Source: Candidatus Poribacteria bacterium (GTDB lineage Bacteria; Poribacteria; WGA-4E; WGA-3G). Taken from it: a stretch of 64,000 nt of DNA. Under the pieces are notes generated by a model. The model was not told the origin of the DNA and searched no databases. It saw nothing but the letters and a program-made list of their open reading frames with translations. Shown in pieces: positions 60,332 through 64,000 of the stretch. The stretch is taken from the NCBI GenBank assembly GCA_965215265.1, contig OZ244048.1:1856001-1920000 (forward strand). Direction: 5' to 3'. Each line of letters opens with the position of its first letter. The first letter of the stretch is position 1. A program made the translations under genes and the position numbers.

Positions 60332-61235
60332 TCACAGAGTGTAGCGGTTACTGATGAACAGATTCCTGTTTTCCGAATAGACAACAACGCCTAGCCCAGC
60401 TGCCATTGCCAATTCATGAACGGCGATTGCGACACCGCCTTCTGTTACATCGTGCATCGCATGCACGCCGCCGGTTACAACCGCAATTTGTGCATCCTTT
60501 AGCACGGAGATTCCGGGTTGTGTGAGGTTGAGAGATAGGTAGTTCATGAAACCTTCAAGGGAAGGGAAGGATGGGAATTCATCCGCTTTGGGGATTCCTC
60601 CCTGCGAGCAGGGAGGAATCCCCTCTCGTAAACTTACCTTTTACTCTCAACTTCGTAATCTCGCGCCTGCGCCAATAAGACATCATCAAACTTGCCGTGT
60701 AATCGGGTTGCTCCTTCGCGTGCCATAATAGCAGTCGCTTCGAGCCCGAGCCCCTTCGTCAGGATTAATGCATCGCCGGCACATGCACCTGCCGATGTGA
60801 CAACAGCCTCTTTTTTTACGACACCGAGCATAGTTCCTACCACAACCGGCTGTGTGCCAGCCGCCGTAACTTCGGTATGTCCTCCACAGAGAACGATGTC
60901 GAATGCTTCACATGCTTCTTGCAATTGCATCATAATCTTGCACACCAACCCTTCTGTTGTCACGCTCTCAGGAAGGAGGAGCGTAACAAGCATCCACTTA
61001 GGTGTAGCTCCCATTGCGGCGACATCGTTGCTATTGACGCAGACAGCGTACCATCCGGGTCCGAGGAGGAAAAAGTCATCGCATCGCTGGTTGAAACAAG
61101 ACAGTTATCATCAAACGCCAATATAGCCGCGTCTTCGCCTAATTGTGGGCCGACAATGATGCCGGACTTGCATTTATTTGGCGGTAAAAGTTGTTTTAGA
61201 AAATCGGGGTTCAACTTTCCAACAGGCAGCATCAT
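60332..61235 (-). pseudogene. AIR synthase/HypE-related protein, disrupted
   Basis: GKL..LGEDAA, NDVAAMG, GGHTEVT, GDALILTKG, AMHDVTEGG; frameshift near 61055, insertion at 60525-60653, 3' truncation. Confidence 0.88.
60525..60653. mobile_element. ~130 bp MITE-like insertion with imperfect terminal inverted repeats (R2 family)
   Basis: AGGTTGAGAGATAGGTAGTT...AACTTACCTTTTACTCTCAACTT; internal hairpin at 60591-60622; splits ARDY|LTQPGISV. Confidence 0.75.
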
Positions 61236-61431
61236 GATTTATGTAACGAATGAGGGTGCACTCACTTTCAGCACTGGTCGATTTAGTTCTAATTTATGAA
61301 CGTGTGCTAAATATCGAGCCGGTCCGGATTACGGCACCTGTGGCAGATCCACGAAAATGTCGAAAACTAAATGGCATTAAAGGTGACAACGCAAATCCCA
61401 AAAAACTGCGCGAATAGTGCGTGGGGCGGTT

Positions 61432-61566
61432 TTATGCACTAATCACTTTACGTCCCTTTGCACGTCGACGGGCAATCATTCGCCTACCATGCCGCGTAGA
61501 CATCCGCTTGCGGAACCCCATTTTGTTTTTCCGTTTCCGCCGATGCGGTTGATAAGTTCGTTTCAT
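61432..61566 (-). CDS. rpmH: 50S ribosomal protein L34 (below the ORF-track cutoff)
   Basis: Translates to [44 protein letters not shown]; divergent from dnaA. Confidence 0.97.
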   Translation of the reverse strand: MKRTYQPHRRKRKNKMGFRKRMSTRHGRRMIARRRAKGRKVISA

Positions 61567-61854
61567 CATTCTTTCCTTTCACATTTTTTTGGTGTGCGAA
61601 TCCAATATATTAATAATACTTCATTTTTTCGTGGATGTCAAATTTTTCTTGATTAAAATTTCAATTTTAAGGCATAATAGAATTTGAAAAAAAATTGTGT
61701 CAAAATTTAAATTTGATCGGATGGAAAAATGTTAGAATATAGTTATAAACCACATTTATATCGGTTTTTCAAGAAAGCTTCTGAGCAAGATTCGTTTTCA
61801 AGGAGCAAAGTATTTAGTGAACTTTATGGAAATAGGACTTAGGAATAGACACGC

Positions 61855-63192
61855 ATGCGGCAACTACTTCCCCAACTCTGGTTAGAAATATTGGAAGAAA
61901 TTGGCGATCAAGCTGGGCAAGATGTCTATCTCCGCCAGGCGGTCCCTTTTTCTTTATCTACAGATGCATTGAATCTGGAGGTTCCCTCCTTATACACGCA
62001 GGATCGAATTGAGGGGCGCTATGGTCCCGAAATCCGGCGTGCCCTAGCCTCGCGCATGGGTGAACAATGCCAATTAATTTTCACGATTAACGAGACGGCA
62101 CAAGCAGAGATTAGCGAGGCGACATCGGAAGGCACTGCCGCAAATGCCTACCCAAACGAGGAAACCGGGCTGAATCCGAAGTACCTTTTTGAAAGGTTCA
62201 TCGTCGGGTCCAGCAACCGTATCTGTCACGCAGCAGCTTTAAGGGTATCAGAAAATCCGGGTCAAGACTACAATCCACTATTTATCTATGGCGGTGTAGG
62301 TTTAGGCAAAACGCATTTGCTACATGCGATTGGAAATCGGCTCCAAGTTACACAGCCGCAAAAGAAGGTCTTGTATGTGACTTCTGAAACGTTTATGAAT
62401 GAATATGTAGAGTCTATCGCGAATCGCGCCACGGCACAAGGATTCCGTGCAAAGTACCGGACGGTGGATATGCTCCTGATTGATGACATTCAGTTTTTAC
62501 AACGAAAAGAAGGCACACAAGAAGAATTTTTCAATACCTTCAACCACTTACATTTGAACTCAAACCAGATTGTCATGAGCAGTGATCGGCCGCCGGCTAC
62601 TCTTAGAACGCTTGAGGAACGTCTAAAATCCCGGTTTGAATGGGGGATGGTAGCCGAAATTGACCGGCCGCAGTACGAAATGCGCATCGCTATCCTCCGG
62701 CAAAAATGCGAAGACCAGGGATTAGACAACCTAAACGATGATGTACTCAGTTACATCGCTGAAGTTGTCTCTACCAACATCCGAGAACTAGAAGGCACAC
62801 TGACGCGCCTCATGGCGCAAGCGAGTATTTTGAAAGAAGATCTAAACCTCGATTTTGCAAGACGAGTCTTGAACGATGTCTCTTCGCATGATATTTCGCT
62901 ACAGCGGAGAACTGCCACACCACAAGGAATTCAAAAAGCAGTTGCAGACTATTTCAGGCTTGAACCGGATGACTTGATCTCTCACAAACGGACAAAAGCA
63001 CTTGTGCTACCGCGCCAAATCGCTATGTACCTTTGTAGGGAATTGACGCAGATGTCACTTACCGATATTGCAACTGTCTTTAACAGGCAGAATCATACCA
63101 CGGTACTCCACGCTTGCACGCGGATTGAAGACTCTTCACAAGATGAAGAATTAAAGCGAATCCTTGACGAACTGCGCGACCAATTCAGATAA
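61855..63192 (+). CDS. dnaA: Chromosomal replication initiator DnaA
   Basis: YNPLFIYGGVGLGKTHL, LLIDDIQF, QEEFF, SRFEWG, NIRELEG, RQIAMYL, HTTVLHA. Confidence 0.98.
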   Translation: MRQLLPQLWLEILEEIGDQAGQDVYLRQAVPFSLSTDALNLEVPSLYTQDRIEGRYGPEIRRALASRMGEQCQLIFTINETAQAEISEATSEGTAANAYPNEETGLNPKYLFERFIVGSSNRICHAAALRVSENPGQDYNPLFIYGGVGLGKTHLLHAIGNRLQVTQPQKKVLYVTSETFMNEYVESIANRATAQGFRAKYRTVDMLLIDDIQFLQRKEGTQEEFFNTFNHLHLNSNQIVMSSDRPPATLRTLEERLKSRFEWGMVAEIDRPQYEMRIAILRQKCEDQGLDNLNDDVLSYIAEVVSTNIRELEGTLTRLMAQASILKEDLNLDFARRVLNDVSSHDISLQRRTATPQGIQKAVADYFRLEPDDLISHKRTKALVLPRQIAMYLCRELTQMSLTDIATVFNRQNHTTVLHACTRIEDSSQDEELKRILDELRDQFR

Positions 63193-63254
63193 TTTAATTT
63201 ATCATAAATCAGGGTTTCATGGACAAACTCATAGCGGTACATTAGTCAATTTCC

Positions 63255-63511
63255 TGTTGATAACCTGTGCATAAGTCCTTGACAAATTGTGCATAACTTG
63301 TTAATAACTTGTGCATAACTTAAATTAAACTGCCTCCTGTTGATAACTTGTGCATAACTCTTAAAGTTATCAACAGGTTATCAACAGGTATTTTGCTTAG
63401 TACCACAAAGGTTCATGCCACTTATGCACTTATGCACACCCCCTACTAATACTACTAAAGTACAATTTATATATTAATTGTAACTAGTAACAATAATAGA
63501 AATGTGCATAA
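63255..63511. other. Replication origin oriC (DnaA-box cluster, DnaA-trios, AT-rich DUE)
   Basis: About 12 DnaA-box-like 9-mers; box 63430 is followed by CCCCC, CTA-CTA-ATA-CTA-CTA trios and an AT-rich stretch. Confidence 0.92.
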
Positions 63512-63617
63512 TTCACGCTTAAAATTGTTTGACAAACACACATTACACTCTGATTATTGAATCAGGGAATTCTCCTTTCCATATCGCTTTTGCGATTGGG
63601 AAAGGGGGAAGGAAAAA

Positions 63618-64000
63618 ATGAATTTAACACACATTGTCTTACGCAACTTCCGTAACTATGTTAATTGCGAAGTCAATTTTCCGAAGCCTGTTAATTTAAT
63701 TATTGGCGGGAACGCGCACGGAAAGACCAGTCTACTTGAAGCAATCTATTTTCTCTGTACGGCAGAATCCCATCGTGCCTATCCTGATGCAGAATTGATT
63801 CGGCATAACGAGGCTGGATTTTATCTCAAAGGCGTGTTCAACAGTTGTGATGATAATGTGACATTTCTTGAAGCGATGAAATCAGCAAACGGGCAGTTTA
63901 AACTAAAAAAGAACGGCGTGCTTCAAGCCAAACGTTCTGAATGGATGGGACAGTTCAATGTAGTTTTTTTCTCCCCGGAGTCGTTGACTTTAGTAAAAGG
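63618..64000 (+). CDS. recF: DNA replication/repair protein RecF (runs off the window)
   Basis: MNLTHIVLRNFRNY...IIGGNAHGKTSLLEAIY...ESHR...VVFFSPE. Confidence 0.93.
   Translation, partial: MNLTHIVLRNFRNYVNCEVNFPKPVNLIIGGNAHGKTSLLEAIYFLCTAESHRAYPDAELIRHNEAGFYLKGVFNSCDDNVTFLEAMKSANGQFKLKKNGVLQAKRSEWMGQFNVVFFSPESLTLVK

Noticed and set aside
61417-61656. Plus-strand 79-aa ORF
   Set aside because: It is antisense to the clear rpmH gene.
1-64000. tRNA, rRNA or prophage genes
   Set aside because: None recognised by eye; tRNAscan-SE and Infernal were not run.

Overview
A 64 kb bacterial chromosomal segment ending at the replication origin (rpmH <- | dnaA - oriC - recF ->). Gene content (LptFG, SprA-like barrel, HEAT/PDZ lipoproteins, Eco57I-type MTase, many short intergenic repeats) suggests a Gram-negative organism, possibly Candidatus Poribacteria; this assignment is inference only. 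1-38 kb is mostly housekeeping and metabolic: Rieske ferredoxin, epimerase, lptFG plus an ICMT-family methyltransferase, tagatose-bisphosphate aldolase, prenyl synthase, purD, a sigma-54-driven porin-amt-amt operon, trpF and a Ski2-like helicase. It also holds a two-gene MTase / PLD-SNF2 defence module whose MTase is frameshifted at a G9 tract. The most unusual region is 38.8-51 kb, an island of repeated cassettes. Each cassette has a small secreted His/Cys-rich protein (mature N-terminal His, NHxxHS and terminal CxxC in the best-preserved copies), a hairpin, and a membrane-anchored partner with a conserved (F/Y/H)GD(I/V/T)P(E/A)V helical domain. The island also carries an ECF sigma factor with two tandem sigma-4 HTHs in three damaged copies, an ABC exporter and a deleted MacB-like permease. 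Many island genes are frameshifted or truncated, so several of the small-protein genes are missing or split in the ORF track. After the island come a 2207-aa SprA-like protein with Gly/Tyr/Ser low-complexity inserts, ispH, an AIR-synthase-like pseudogene interrupted by a MITE, and an oriC whose DnaA boxes are TTATGCACA/TTATCAACA rather than TTATCCACA. All family calls come from motif recognition by eye; no database searches were run.
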